A stretch of DNA of 64,000 bases from Acidobacteriota bacterium (lineage in GTDB: Bacteria > Acidobacteriota > UBA890 > WLXD01). A model generated the notes under the pieces. It ran no database searches. It worked only from the letters and a program-made list of their open reading frames with translations, and was not told where the DNA came from. Position numbers and translations under genes: made by a program. Positions 51,137 to 61,402 of the stretch are shown here, piece by piece. The stretch lies in the NCBI GenBank assembly GCA_963666055.2, contig CAXWPH010000005.1, positions 1-64,000 of the forward strand. Reading direction: 5' to 3'. Each line of letters opens with the position of its first letter. Positions within the stretch are counted from its first letter, which is position 1.

Positions 51137-51157
51137 GGTACGATTCGGACCGTCGAG

Positions 51158-51441
51158 GAAGTCCTGCTCCTCCCGCATCGACTGGGTAACCAGTGGAAAC
51201 TAGTCGGGTGACGAGCGCTAGCGAGGAGCCAACCAGTCCCCCCTGCTTGTCGGCGCCGATGTTGTCCGCAGGAGCGAAGCGACGAGGACTAGCCCCTCAG
51301 GGCTACAACATCGAGAGCCAGACTTCGGCCCTTTTGGTCGGAAGGTGCGAGCGTGCGAGCTCCTGACGATCCCGACAGCCGTCGAAACGATAGGAAGCGG
51401 AAAAGGGGCGAAAGTCGGGCTCGTGCCCGACAAGCAGGGGG
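51158..51441. repeat. multi-hairpin non-coding element, copy 1
   Basis: homologous to 56526-56705; nested inverted repeats; 15-bp perfect IR 51239-51253/51427-51441. Confidence 0.75.
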
Positions 51442-51562
51442 AACCCGTAAATGCCTATCCCACAAGGGTTTTGTGGGAACCCCTACCCCTACAAACCCTA
51501 GACAACTCCGCCTTCGGAGCCAGGAAACTTTCACACTTACTTACACATTCGCGTGACGAACA

Positions 51563-51618
51563 GGACTCAAAATCCGGTGGGCTTACGCTCGTGAGGGTTC
51601 GAGTCCCTCCCTCGGTAC
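51563..51618 (+). repeat. tRNA-Leu 3' fragment, right att site
   Basis: begins inside the anticodon stem. Confidence 0.85.
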
Positions 51619-51622
51619 TTTT

Positions 51623-51651
51623 GTTTTCAACGACCTATGGTTGTTGAAAAC
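51623..51651. terminator. terminator-like hairpin after the tRNA fragment
   Basis: GTTTTCAACGACC-TAT-GGTTGTTGAAAAC. Confidence 0.5.
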
Positions 51652-51712
51652 CAGCGGCGCCCGCTGACTTCTACCAGATAGGCACGAGGTCCGGAGCGTA
51701 CGCCATCGGTCG

Positions 51713-53479
51713 TTAGCGGACACCTGGGAGCGAAATCCTCTCTTCACGGATCTCATGTACGACCCTACCGTCGAAGACCGTCATGTCAGTGCGGACTTTG
51801 TGGATCTCGAGCTCCGGTACTGCGAAGAGGTTCTTCTCGAGAACGACGAGGTCTGCCAGCTTGCCGACCTCGATCGAGCCTCGCTCCAGCTCATCGAAGG
51901 ACAGGTATGCACCGGAGATCGTGTAGGCGGCGATCGCCTCCGCCAGGGTGATCCTCTCGTTCGGTGCCCAGGACTCGTCGGTTTGGCCGTAGGTATCGAC
52001 TCCGCCGAGGTGTCTGCGCGTGACCGCAACCTCGAGCCCGTCCAAAGGGCGCAATGAGGTCACAGACCAGTCGGTTCCCCACACGAGTCGGGCACCGGCC
52101 TGCAGGAGCGTGCGGTGGTTGTAGACCCGTTGAGCCCGATCCGCTCCGAGGTGTCTCAAGTTGTAGATAGCCGTCCAATCATCGCCCTTGCCCCAGAAGG
52201 GTGTCATGTTCGCGGCCACCCCCAACAGGCGCAGACGCGGTACGTCGGCCGGATCGATCAGTTGCACATGCGCCATGTTGTGGCGCGCGTCGCGCGGGCC
52301 ATTGGCCCGGCGAACGGCCTCGAACGCATCGAGAGATTCCCGCACCGCCCGATCACCGATGGCATGGATCTGGACCTGGAAGCCCTCTCGGTCAAGACGC
52401 GTGACCACCCGTTTCAGCCGTTCCGCTTCAACATGGGGTTCGTAGACAACGGGTTGGTCGCTGTATGGCTCGAGGAGTGCTCCGGTGCGTTGCTCGATGA
52501 TGCCGTCGTTGCCGATCTTGATACAGGTCGCTCGGAGGTTGCCTGAGGAGAGTTCCTGGCGCCGAGCGATGAACTCCCGGATCTGCTCCTCGTCATCACG
52601 GGAAGGGCTGTAGCGCTGGCAGGTCACGGCCCGCAGGTTCATCTCGCCAGCGCTCAGCAGACGCGCGTAGAGTCGCTCCCCCTCCGCCGAGGATGAAGCG
52701 TCGTGGATCGAGGTGATCCCGAGACGAGTGAACTCGGTGAAGGCGCGCCGCAAGCCATCGACGCGTTCCTGATCTGTTGCCGGCGGCATGTGGCGGCGCA
52801 CGAGACCCTGTGCGCTGTCGATCAATAGGCCTGTCGGCTCGCCGTTCTCGTCGCGCCTGATGATGCCGTTGACTGGGTCGGGCGTTGCCGCTGTGATGCC
52901 GGCGATCTCCAAGGCACGGCTGTTCACCCAAGCGGCGTGCGTGCCGGAAAAGGTCAGGTAAGCAGGTCGATCGGTGACAATCTCATCGAGCATGTAGCGA
53001 TCCGGGTTCCCGGAAGGCTTGAAGGCGTCTGCTTCCCAGCCACGACCGACGATCCAATCGAGCTCGGGATGAGCCTGCGCGTATTCTTCGAGGAGGCGAA
53101 AGACCTCGTCTCGATCAAAGACACCGTTGAGCCGAATCCGGCCCAGGCCGGCCCCCCCACCGGCCGGGTGAACATGTGAATCCTGGAAACCGGGCAACAT
53201 CATGCGGCCGCGAAGGTCGACGACCGGTGTTCCAGCGCCGACGAACGGCACCGCACCGTCGTCAGTGCCTACGTAGACGATGCGGTTGCCCGCGACAGCT
53301 ACTGCCGAGGCCCAACTGCGCGCAGCATCGACCGTGTAGATCGCACCATTGCGAAATACCAGGTTCGCTACCTGACGCCCGTTGTGCTCCCCGATTGGCC
53401 CATCGTTCGCCGGAAGAACCGGTGTCGCGGGGGCCACAACAAGCAACAGGCTCAGCGCCGTCCTAGCCGTGAAACTCAT
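51713..53479 (-). CDS. secreted amidohydrolase (Amidohydro_3/YtcJ-like)
   Basis: PGFQDSHVH, HAIGDRA, GTDW, GKLADLVVL. Confidence 0.92.
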   Translation of the reverse strand: MSFTARTALSLLLVVAPATPVLPANDGPIGEHNGRQVANLVFRNGAIYTVDAARSWASAVAVAGNRIVYVGTDDGAVPFVGAGTPVVDLRGRMMLPGFQDSHVHPAGGGAGLGRIRLNGVFDRDEVFRLLEEYAQAHPELDWIVGRGWEADAFKPSGNPDRYMLDEIVTDRPAYLTFSGTHAAWVNSRALEIAGITAATPDPVNGIIRRDENGEPTGLLIDSAQGLVRRHMPPATDQERVDGLRRAFTEFTRLGITSIHDASSSAEGERLYARLLSAGEMNLRAVTCQRYSPSRDDEEQIREFIARRQELSSGNLRATCIKIGNDGIIEQRTGALLEPYSDQPVVYEPHVEAERLKRVVTRLDREGFQVQIHAIGDRAVRESLDAFEAVRRANGPRDARHNMAHVQLIDPADVPRLRLLGVAANMTPFWGKGDDWTAIYNLRHLGADRAQRVYNHRTLLQAGARLVWGTDWSVTSLRPLDGLEVAVTRRHLGGVDTYGQTDESWAPNERITLAEAIAAYTISGAYLSFDELERGSIEVGKLADLVVLEKNLFAVPELEIHKVRTDMTVFDGRVVHEIREERISLPGVR

Positions 53480-53585
53480 CGGTGGCCTCCTCGGTCTAGT
53501 GTCAACACACATGTACCCTGCAGCGTGGCCAGGCTAGTTCCCTGACAGGTTGCCGTCCAGGGCTGCCGTCGGTGGCTGACCCAGA

Positions 53586-56192
53586 CTACCGCTGCATCGT
53601 GAAAGTGAACTTAGCGGTGAGCGTGCGGTCGTCCAGGCGGTCGAACAGCCCTCCGAATGCCGTCGACTGCCGGTACACGAGGTAGAAGTCGTCGCCGGTG
53701 CGGTAGATGTAGCGCAACCGTACGAACGCTGATAGCTGGTCGGAGTCGCTGCTGTGTTGTAGCAGCGAGTCGACCAGCACGCGGTCGGAAAACGTCAGGT
53801 TGGCGCGTATCCGCCTCAGGTGGGTGTCGAAGCTGTCGCCGGGCAGATGGATGCGGTTGAAGCTGTACTGGGGGCTCAGGTTGAAGCGATCGCTGAACTT
53901 GAAGCTGGGCCCTCCGCCAATCCCGAAGCGGGTGCCGTCGTAGAACTCGCCCAGGTTGAAGGTAAGGTTGCCGCTCACCGCACGACGGGGAGCGGCGCGC
54001 AGGCTGATCTGGCCGTCGGTCCAGGAGTACTCGCCGATCGGAATGGTGACGTTCTCGTCGATTGGGAAATCGGTATCCAACAGCTCGTAGTTGCGGCTAA
54101 CGCGGAAACGCACGACGTCATTGGACTCCAGATCCAACTGCGTGCTCAGGCTCCCCAGCCGCGAGACCAATCGGCCACTGGTGTCCGTAATGCGCTCCAA
54201 TGAAGGGCTCACCGACACCCGCCGCATTAGCGGCCAGCTCGGGCGCGTCGACCAGCGCCCCTGGTATTTGTAGCGCACGATGTCCTGCCGCAGGATGAAG
54301 CCGAGATCGCTGTCAAAGTCGTCGGCCACATAGGTGACATCGCCTCCGAGTCCCCACGCTTCGGTGTCCCACCCGGCGCTGAGCTGCCCCACCCAGGAGG
54401 TGCCATCGATGTCGTTGTCCTGGCCACCGGCCACGAACCCCGACAGGAACAAGTGGTTGAACAGTATGAGATTGGTGTCGACGCCGAACACGCGATTGTA
54501 CTGGCCGTCGCGACCCTGGACGTTTGTGACCAGCGCGCCGACACTGGATCGATCAAGAACCGACTGCTTCCAGCGGAAGGCGGTGTAGTTCTGCCCGGCG
54601 CCGAACTGTGAGTCCCCGGTCTGTACGTTGACGAAACCGAGGTTGCCGCTGCCGATCGTCCCCGTTAGCTTGCCGCCGTAGCGAATCGGTACCGGCTGCC
54701 CCTCGGGCCCCAGGCCAATGCGACGCGAGAAGAACAGCAGTGCCAGCGGCGGTTGCCGCTGGAAGCCGCCGCCGCCCCCTGCCACACCCCGACGACTGAG
54801 CGTGCCGAAGGTGAAGTTGTCGGCAGCCTCCAGGAAGAACTCGCGTTGCTCCGGAAAGAACAGCGAGAAGCGCGTCAGGTTGACCTGCTGGGTGTCGGCC
54901 TCGACCTCGGCGAAGTCGGTGTTCACCGTCAGGTTCGCAGTGAGGCTGGGGGTCAGTTGTACCTGAAACCTCTCGATGCCGATATCGCCCCTGCCCTCGG
55001 AGAGCGGATCGTCGCGCTGCTGGAACGAGTCGTAGCCCCCGGTCACAAAGGGCTTGAGACGGAACCGGTCGGTGAGCGCCAGCTCCTGCAGCCCGACGAG
55101 GTTGCCGTACTGTGAGACGGCCAGCCAGTTGTAGTCGCGGCTGAGGTTGTTCCAGTTGATGCGCTCCTTGTTATGTGCAACCTCGCGCTCGAACTCGATG
55201 CCCCAGACGTTGCTGCCGGTCGGATACCGCAGCGCGGCAAAGGGGATGGCGAGCTCGGCCTCCCAGCCGCGTTCGGTGATGCTCGCGGCGGCCTCCCAGC
55301 TCTCGTCCCAGTTCATGTTGAGCTGACTCTCGTCGGTTATCGTGTAATCGAACTTGGCGCCGAGCGCGTTGACCTGAAAGCCGAAGGCGTTGCGGCGGTC
55401 GCGAAACGGGTCCAGGAAGACCGCCGCATAGTCCTCCCCGCCCATTGTCGCGTCGCGTCGCATGTCGTTGGCGACGATCTTGTCGGGTTCATCGTCGAAG
55501 TTGATCCAGCCGACGTACAGGTTGTCGTCGTCGTACAGAACGCGCACCTCGGTGCGCTTCGTCGGCGCCACGCGGTTGTCGGGATCCTTCTGGACGAAGT
55601 CGCTCACCACGTCCGCCAGCTCCCAGGCCGCGTCGTCGATCCGACCGTCGAGGACGGGGGGCGTGTTTGTCCGCGTCGCGGCAGCGCGTTTGCCGTCGAT
55701 GGGCAGGTCAGCCGTGAATCCCGAAGCCGCGCCTGTGTCCGTCCGCGGCACCGTGTCGCCGACGGAGTCGACGTTAGCGAGCATCAGCGTCGGGGCTTCG
55801 CTTTCTGGCGGCGTCGGGTCGTTTGCTGGCGTGATGATAGGGGCAGCCGCGACCGAGGGATCGGGCATCGTGCCGGAAACCTCGGATCCGTCCGGGATCG
55901 CGCCCGGGCTCGGTGTGTCGGACGGCGGTGTCGGCGGCAGTGTCGAGGGCAACGGGACAGGGCCGGTCTCGCCGGGTCGAATCATCCGCACCGGGATGCT
56001 CCGTCGACCCTGGCGCACCGGGCTCGCAGACTCGCCGGGCTGAACGAGGCGCACCGGAATCTGCCGTCGACGCGGTTCCTGCTCGTCGCGCTGTTGCTGG
56101 GCGATCACGGCCGGGCTGGCCAGCGTCACGGCGACGGCGGCGAGAGTCAGCGCCCCGCGCCCTGCTGCACCCAGCCCCGGCGTCAGGTTCAT
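53586..56192 (-). CDS. CBM9-like/DUF5916 outer-membrane protein
   Basis: PPVLDGRIDD, TEVRVLYDDDNLY, NTDFAEVEAD, FPEQREFFLE, FSRRIG. Confidence 0.88.
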   Translation of the reverse strand: MNLTPGLGAAGRGALTLAAVAVTLASPAVIAQQQRDEQEPRRRQIPVRLVQPGESASPVRQGRRSIPVRMIRPGETGPVPLPSTLPPTPPSDTPSPGAIPDGSEVSGTMPDPSVAAAPIITPANDPTPPESEAPTLMLANVDSVGDTVPRTDTGAASGFTADLPIDGKRAAATRTNTPPVLDGRIDDAAWELADVVSDFVQKDPDNRVAPTKRTEVRVLYDDDNLYVGWINFDDEPDKIVANDMRRDATMGGEDYAAVFLDPFRDRRNAFGFQVNALGAKFDYTITDESQLNMNWDESWEAAASITERGWEAELAIPFAALRYPTGSNVWGIEFEREVAHNKERINWNNLSRDYNWLAVSQYGNLVGLQELALTDRFRLKPFVTGGYDSFQQRDDPLSEGRGDIGIERFQVQLTPSLTANLTVNTDFAEVEADTQQVNLTRFSLFFPEQREFFLEAADNFTFGTLSRRGVAGGGGGFQRQPPLALLFFSRRIGLGPEGQPVPIRYGGKLTGTIGSGNLGFVNVQTGDSQFGAGQNYTAFRWKQSVLDRSSVGALVTNVQGRDGQYNRVFGVDTNLILFNHLFLSGFVAGGQDNDIDGTSWVGQLSAGWDTEAWGLGGDVTYVADDFDSDLGFILRQDIVRYKYQGRWSTRPSWPLMRRVSVSPSLERITDTSGRLVSRLGSLSTQLDLESNDVVRFRVSRNYELLDTDFPIDENVTIPIGEYSWTDGQISLRAAPRRAVSGNLTFNLGEFYDGTRFGIGGGPSFKFSDRFNLSPQYSFNRIHLPGDSFDTHLRRIRANLTFSDRVLVDSLLQHSSDSDQLSAFVRLRYIYRTGDDFYLVYRQSTAFGGLFDRLDDRTLTAKFTFTMQR

Positions 56193-56326
56193 GAGCTATC
56201 TCTCCCCCGAGCCACCCCGCCCGCGTGAATCGGAACGGCGCCAAAGTTGGCATTCTGCCACGTCGGATGTCTAATCTGATCAAGCTCGTGGTCGCCGCCC
56301 AGACCATGACGGCCAACAGCGGACTA

Positions 56327-56356
56327 GCGCTCACCGACCGGTTCCGTCTCAAGCCC
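56327..56356. repeat. 30-bp exact inverted copy of 55050-55079
   Basis: GCGCTCACCGACCGGTTCCGTCTCAAGCCC. Confidence 0.9.
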
Positions 56357-56525
56357 GATCGGCGGGTGGCGACTACCTACCCGTGGTACTTCTAGCCGAC
56401 GGCTCGGTGGGGGCCGTCACGCCGATTCAGGACGAACGACGGGGTCGCTGGAGCTTCACCTGGTGGCGGTTCAGTCGGCGGATGCGGGTCGAATTAGTTG
56501 CTGGCGCGCGCCATCTTCTCTTGGC

Positions 56526-56705
56526 GGGACGAAGTCCTGCTCCTCCCCTATCGACTGGGTAACCCGTGGAAACCAGTCGAGCGATTCGCATCAGCGATCG
56601 CTAACAAGTCCCCCAGCTGTCGGAGCCGATGTTGTCCGCAGGAGCGGAGCTCCGAGGACTAGCCCCAACAGGGCTACAACTTCGAGAGCCAGACTTCGTC
56701 CCTTT
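56526..56705. repeat. multi-hairpin non-coding element, copy 2
   Basis: homologous to 51158-51335; closed by an 11-bp IR GGGACGAAGTC/GACTTCGTCCC. Confidence 0.75.
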
Positions 56706-56734
56706 GTGAGGCCGGTACACGGCTCGAGGAGACG

Positions 56735-58327
56735 GTGGCCGAGACCGAGCAGTGGGCGCAGCGTCGCGTCAACTTGTCCGACCTCGCGGGGCAGACGGTG
56801 TCGCTGACCCTGGAGGCGAATGCGGATCACGCCGGCAGCGTCGCGCTCTGGGGGGCACCGACCCTGAGCGGAGCCCGCACCAAGGAGACACCCAACATCA
56901 TCTTCTATGTGATCGACGGTGGTGGGGCTGACCTCATGAGCCTGTATGGCTACAACCGGCGTACCACCCCGCACCTGGTACGGATAGCCGCTGAGGGCGC
57001 GGTCTTCAACTACGCCTACAGCAACTCCACCTGGACGCGCCCCTCGACGCTGTCGTTCCTCACCTCGCTGCAGCACAGCGTGCTCGGGGGCCTCAGGAAC
57101 GGCCGCAACACGGCCCCTGAAGAGGTACTGACCATCCCACAGCACCTGCGGCGGGCCGGATACCAGACAGCCTTTTTCACGTCGAATCCCAATGCTGGCA
57201 GAATCAGCGGTCTTGATCGAGGCATCGATGTCCTCCGCGACGCGGGAGGCGGCGACAACTCCACCTCGTCCATGGAGCTGCACGGCGATTTCTGGCGGTG
57301 GCGTGCGGCGTACCCTGCCGAACCCTATTGGGTACGCTTCCAGACCACCGACGTCCACGCACCGAACACTCCGGTACCACCCTTCGCCGGCCTGTATGTG
57401 AGTCCGGATCAGCGAGCGACCTACAGGGCGTGGATGCGCCAGATCGACGCAGCCGGGGGCTCGTTCCCATACTCGGACGCCTTCGAGAAGACCGGCATCA
57501 ATCGACAGGCGTTCTTCGACGTCGCCCGCGGCCTCTACGACGAGACGATGGCGCATCAGGACTACCAGCTCGGGCGCTTCGTCGAGCGGCTGAAGGCGAC
57601 GGGGGACTGGGACAATACGCTGCTGATCGTGGCGGCGGATCGCGGGCACATCGCCGGCAGCGAGCATTTTGGTGTCGGGCTCGCCGACCCTATGCCCGCC
57701 ATGTGGGAAATCGCGATGGCGAGTTCCTACCACACGCGGGTTCCACTGGTGATCGTCTGGCCCGCTCGCATCCGCGGGGGGCAGCGGTTCGACGAACCTG
57801 TCTCGATGATCGATGTGCTGCCGACGGTTCTGGCCCTCGCGGGCTTGCCGATGCCGGATGTCATGCAAGGACAATCGCTCGCGCCTCTCTTGCTGGGCAA
57901 CGAAGGATGGGAGCCACGCCCGGTGATCCTCGATGAGTTCGACGTCGATCCCGGCACCGACGAGCTCCGAGGAACGATCGAAGTGATCGACGGGCGCTGG
58001 GCGGCGTCGCTGTTCATCGACCCACGTCCTGGCATGTCAACTCTGCCGCTCAGAGGTCATCACGACGGGCTCGCGGCCAAGAAGGCGGCATGGAATCAGC
58101 GCCCGCAGAGCGTCCCACGCCTGCTGTTGTACGACCTGTGGAGCGATCCGCGAGCCTTTTACAGCGTGCATGAGGAACACCCTGCGCTAGTCGAGCACTA
58201 CACGGCGTTCCTTGAGGCGCAGTTCGAGGCACACGAGTTGCTGGCGCAGAAGTTCACGCCAGGCGAGGATTCGCCACTGACTCCTGAGCAGCTACGGTCT
58301 CTTCGGGCACTTGGCTACATCCAGTGA
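56735..58327 (+). pseudogene. sulfatase-like hydrolase, apparently 5'-truncated
   Basis: [23 protein letters not shown]; no signal peptide or RBS; ADRG where DHG is usual. Confidence 0.7.
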
Positions 58328-58337
58328 GTTGAAGAGG

Positions 58338-61051
58338 ATGATCGGCACCAAACTAGGCCCCTACGAGATCACCGAGCAGCTCGGCGCTGGCGGTATGGGA
58401 GAGGTGTACCTGGCGCAGGACACGCGCCTGGGCCGCAAGGTGGCCATCAAGGTGCTGCCCGCCGAGTTTGCCTCTGACCCCGAGCGCCTCGCCCGCTTCG
58501 AGCAGGAGGCTCGCGCTGCCGCCGCTCTGAACCACCCTCACATCGCGGTTGTTCACGATATCGGCACCGAGGATGGCACCCACTTCATGGTGCAGGAGTA
58601 CCTGGAGGGGAACACGCTACGGGAGCCGCTACAGAAGGGTGCCCTGCCGCTCAAGAAGGCACTCGGGTTGGCCACCGAGATCGCCGAGGCACTCGCAGCA
58701 GCACACGCTGCGGGGATCATCCACCGGGATTTGAAGCCGGAGAACATCTTCGTCACCAAGGAGGGGCACGCCAAGGTGCTGGACTTCGGCCTGGCGAAGC
58801 TGACCGAGATAGCGGCAGGATCACCGCGGTGCAACGCAGTCACCCACGATGATGGGCACGGTGGCCGGTCAGGTGATGGGTACTGCCGGCTACATGGCAC
58901 CGGAGCAGGTTGAGGGCTCCGAGGAGATCGACCATCGGGCCGACTTGTTCGCCTTCGGCTGTGTGCTCTACGAGATGGCTGCGGGCAGGCAAGCATTTGC
59001 CGGTGAGAGCATCCACGACACCCTCCACCGCATCGGACACCGGGAGCCCAAGCCACTCGATGAGATCGATGACAGCCTCCCATCCCAGCTCCTTTGGATC
59101 GTCCGCAAGTCGCTCGCGAAGGAGCCGGGACGGCGCTACAGGGTGCTGATGACCTCATGGTGGACATGAAGGCATTGGCGCTTGAGGTGGAGTCGGGTGC
59201 GGCACAGCCGGTCAGCGGAGAGGCCCCGACAACCCCTGTCGCCGTGGAAACGGCTCGCGGCATCCCGTGGAAGCTGGCTGCTCCGATCGCGATTCTACTC
59301 GTGGTCGTTGCTGCACCGCTCGGCTGGTGGGCAAGGCAACCGGAGCCCAGAAGCACCATCCGCGTGCAGCTCGACCCCCTCGTCGACACGATCATGAGTC
59401 GGTTCGGCTCCGCAGTCGCGTTATCGCCCGATGGACGGCACGTTGCCTACGTCGAGGGTGACCTGTTGGATGGAAGCGCGCTGTACCTTCGCGCTCTCGA
59501 CCAGCAGGACTCGACGATACTCGCGTCGTCGGCAACCATCCTGGGTTCGCCGTACCATCCCTTCTTCTCGCCCGACGGGCAGTGGGTAGGGTTCGTCACC
59601 CAGACGGAGCTGAAAAAAGCGTCCGTAATCGGAGGCACCCCGCAGTCGATCGCGCCGGTGGACTTTAGTCGAGGTGCGGATTGGGGGCCCGACGATACGA
59701 TCGTCTTCACACCAAACCCCACCAGCGGCCTGTTTGTCGTGTCGGCTGTCGAGGGTGAGCCGGGACCGCTCACCGAGCTTTCCGGGGGCGAGCGCAGCCA
59801 CCGCTGGCCCCAGTTCTTACCCGGCGGAAAGGCAGTGCTATTCACTTCGGCCGAGACCGAAGACTTCGACAGGGCCAACCTCGAGGTCGTAGATCTCGAG
59901 ACCGGCGAGCGCCAAGTCGTGCACCGGGGCGGCACCTATGGCCGATACGTGCCGACGGGCCATCTGGTGTATTCAGACGCTGGAGCGTTGTTCGCGGTGC
60001 CCTTCGACCTCGATACCCTGGAGACGACCGGCTCGCCGATACCCGTGGTCGACAACCTCCCCGCCGACGACGCTGAAGGCGGGGTCTCGTTTGACTTCTC
60101 CGAGACCGGGATGCTCGTCTATCACATCAGAAGTGGCGGCGCTTCGGGCCGTTCCCAACTCGCCTGGGTGGAACGTGACGGCCAAGTCGAGCCGCTGCCC
60201 TTCGAGCCGCGTCCGTCTTGGTTCTTGGACCTCTCGCCGGATGACCAGCGCATCGCGCTCGAAATCCCCGGAGATGACGGGGAGTGGGACATCTGGATCT
60301 ACGAGGTCGAACGAGGAGGCAGCCAGGTGCTGCTGACCACGGAAGGCAGCAACCGAACCCCCGTTTGGTCTCCGGATGGAGAGTGGGTTTTCTTCCGATC
60401 GGATCGGAGTGGCAATGACGACATCTGGAAGCGGCGGGCTGACCGGAGTCTCGACGCCGAACTGGTGTTGGATACAGAGGCTCCCGTGTTCCCGACGTCG
60501 ATCTCGGACGACGGTGAGATGCTGCTGTTTGTGAGTGGGCTCCTCCCGAATCACGACGTGGGGATACTGGCTCTCGATACAGGTGATACGGAATTGATCC
60601 TCGATACCGCCGCCACTGAGTCTTGGCCCAGTTTCTCGCCGGACGGCCGCTTCTTCGCCTTCTTTTCGAACGAGACCGGGCAAGACGAGGTGAACGTGCG
60701 GGAAGTATCGAGCGGTCGGACGTTTCCGGCCTCTACGAGTACCCGTGGTGGCTGGTTCCCTAGCTGGTCGCGGGATGGAAGGGAGATTTACTACCGCTCC
60801 TTTAACAGCCCCGGCATCCTCGTTGCGGAAGTGGATTTGGAGTCGTTTTCCGCATCGGACCCTGTCGAACTCTCGGACATCGAAATGCGTGCCATTGGCA
60901 ACTTCGATGTCACCGCCGATGGACAGAAGTTCCTTGTGACGGTGCCCGTTGGAACTGATGAGACTGGGGCACGGCACCGGGCACACGACTCAACGTCGTC
61001 CTCAACTGGTTCGAGGAATTGAACCGGCTAGTGCCGACGGGCGGCTCCTGA
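58338..61051 (+). CDS. Ser/Thr protein kinase with PD40/TolB repeats; frameshifts near 58825, 59139 and 60975
   Basis: [44 protein letters not shown] repeats, [10 protein letters not shown]. Confidence 0.9.
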
Positions 61052-61332
61052 TGGTCGGCAAGACGCTCGGCCACTACGAGATCCTCGCCCCGCTCGGTGA
61101 AGGCGGGATGGGACAGGTGTATCGAGCCCGCGACACGACGCTGGATCGTGATGTCGCCATCAAGGTGCTGCCTGAGGACTTCGCCAGCGATGCTGGTCGG
61201 CTGGCGCTCTTCGAGCGACAGCCGGAATGGGAACTATTAGACGAGCTCCAGGACGCACGGCTCCTCGAGAGACGGCGGGTGGCGGCGCACGCTCCCCGGA
61301 ACGGACTACCTCCCGTGGTCGGCAAGACCTGA
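61051..61332 (+). pseudogene. truncated second Ser/Thr kinase (first ~55 aa only)
   Basis: [40 protein letters not shown]...FER, then unrelated sequence. Confidence 0.85.
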
Positions 61333-61402
61333 TTGACCTGTGCCGCCGTCCCGAGTCACCATGGGCGGCCAAGAGGGGTCGGAATCTCGCGGGGAGGCAG
61401 AT

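Larger units (their letters stand above)
49758..51631. mobile_element. decayed tRNA-Leu-targeted island bounded by 69-bp direct repeats
   Basis: 49758-49826 identical to 51563-51631; arm-like repeats ACTT(A/T)CACA at 49828, 51527 and 51539; no intact integrase. Confidence 0.8.

Noticed and set aside
51345-51441. GTGCG as a group II intron 5' end
   Set aside because: No domain V/VI or reverse transcriptase nearby.
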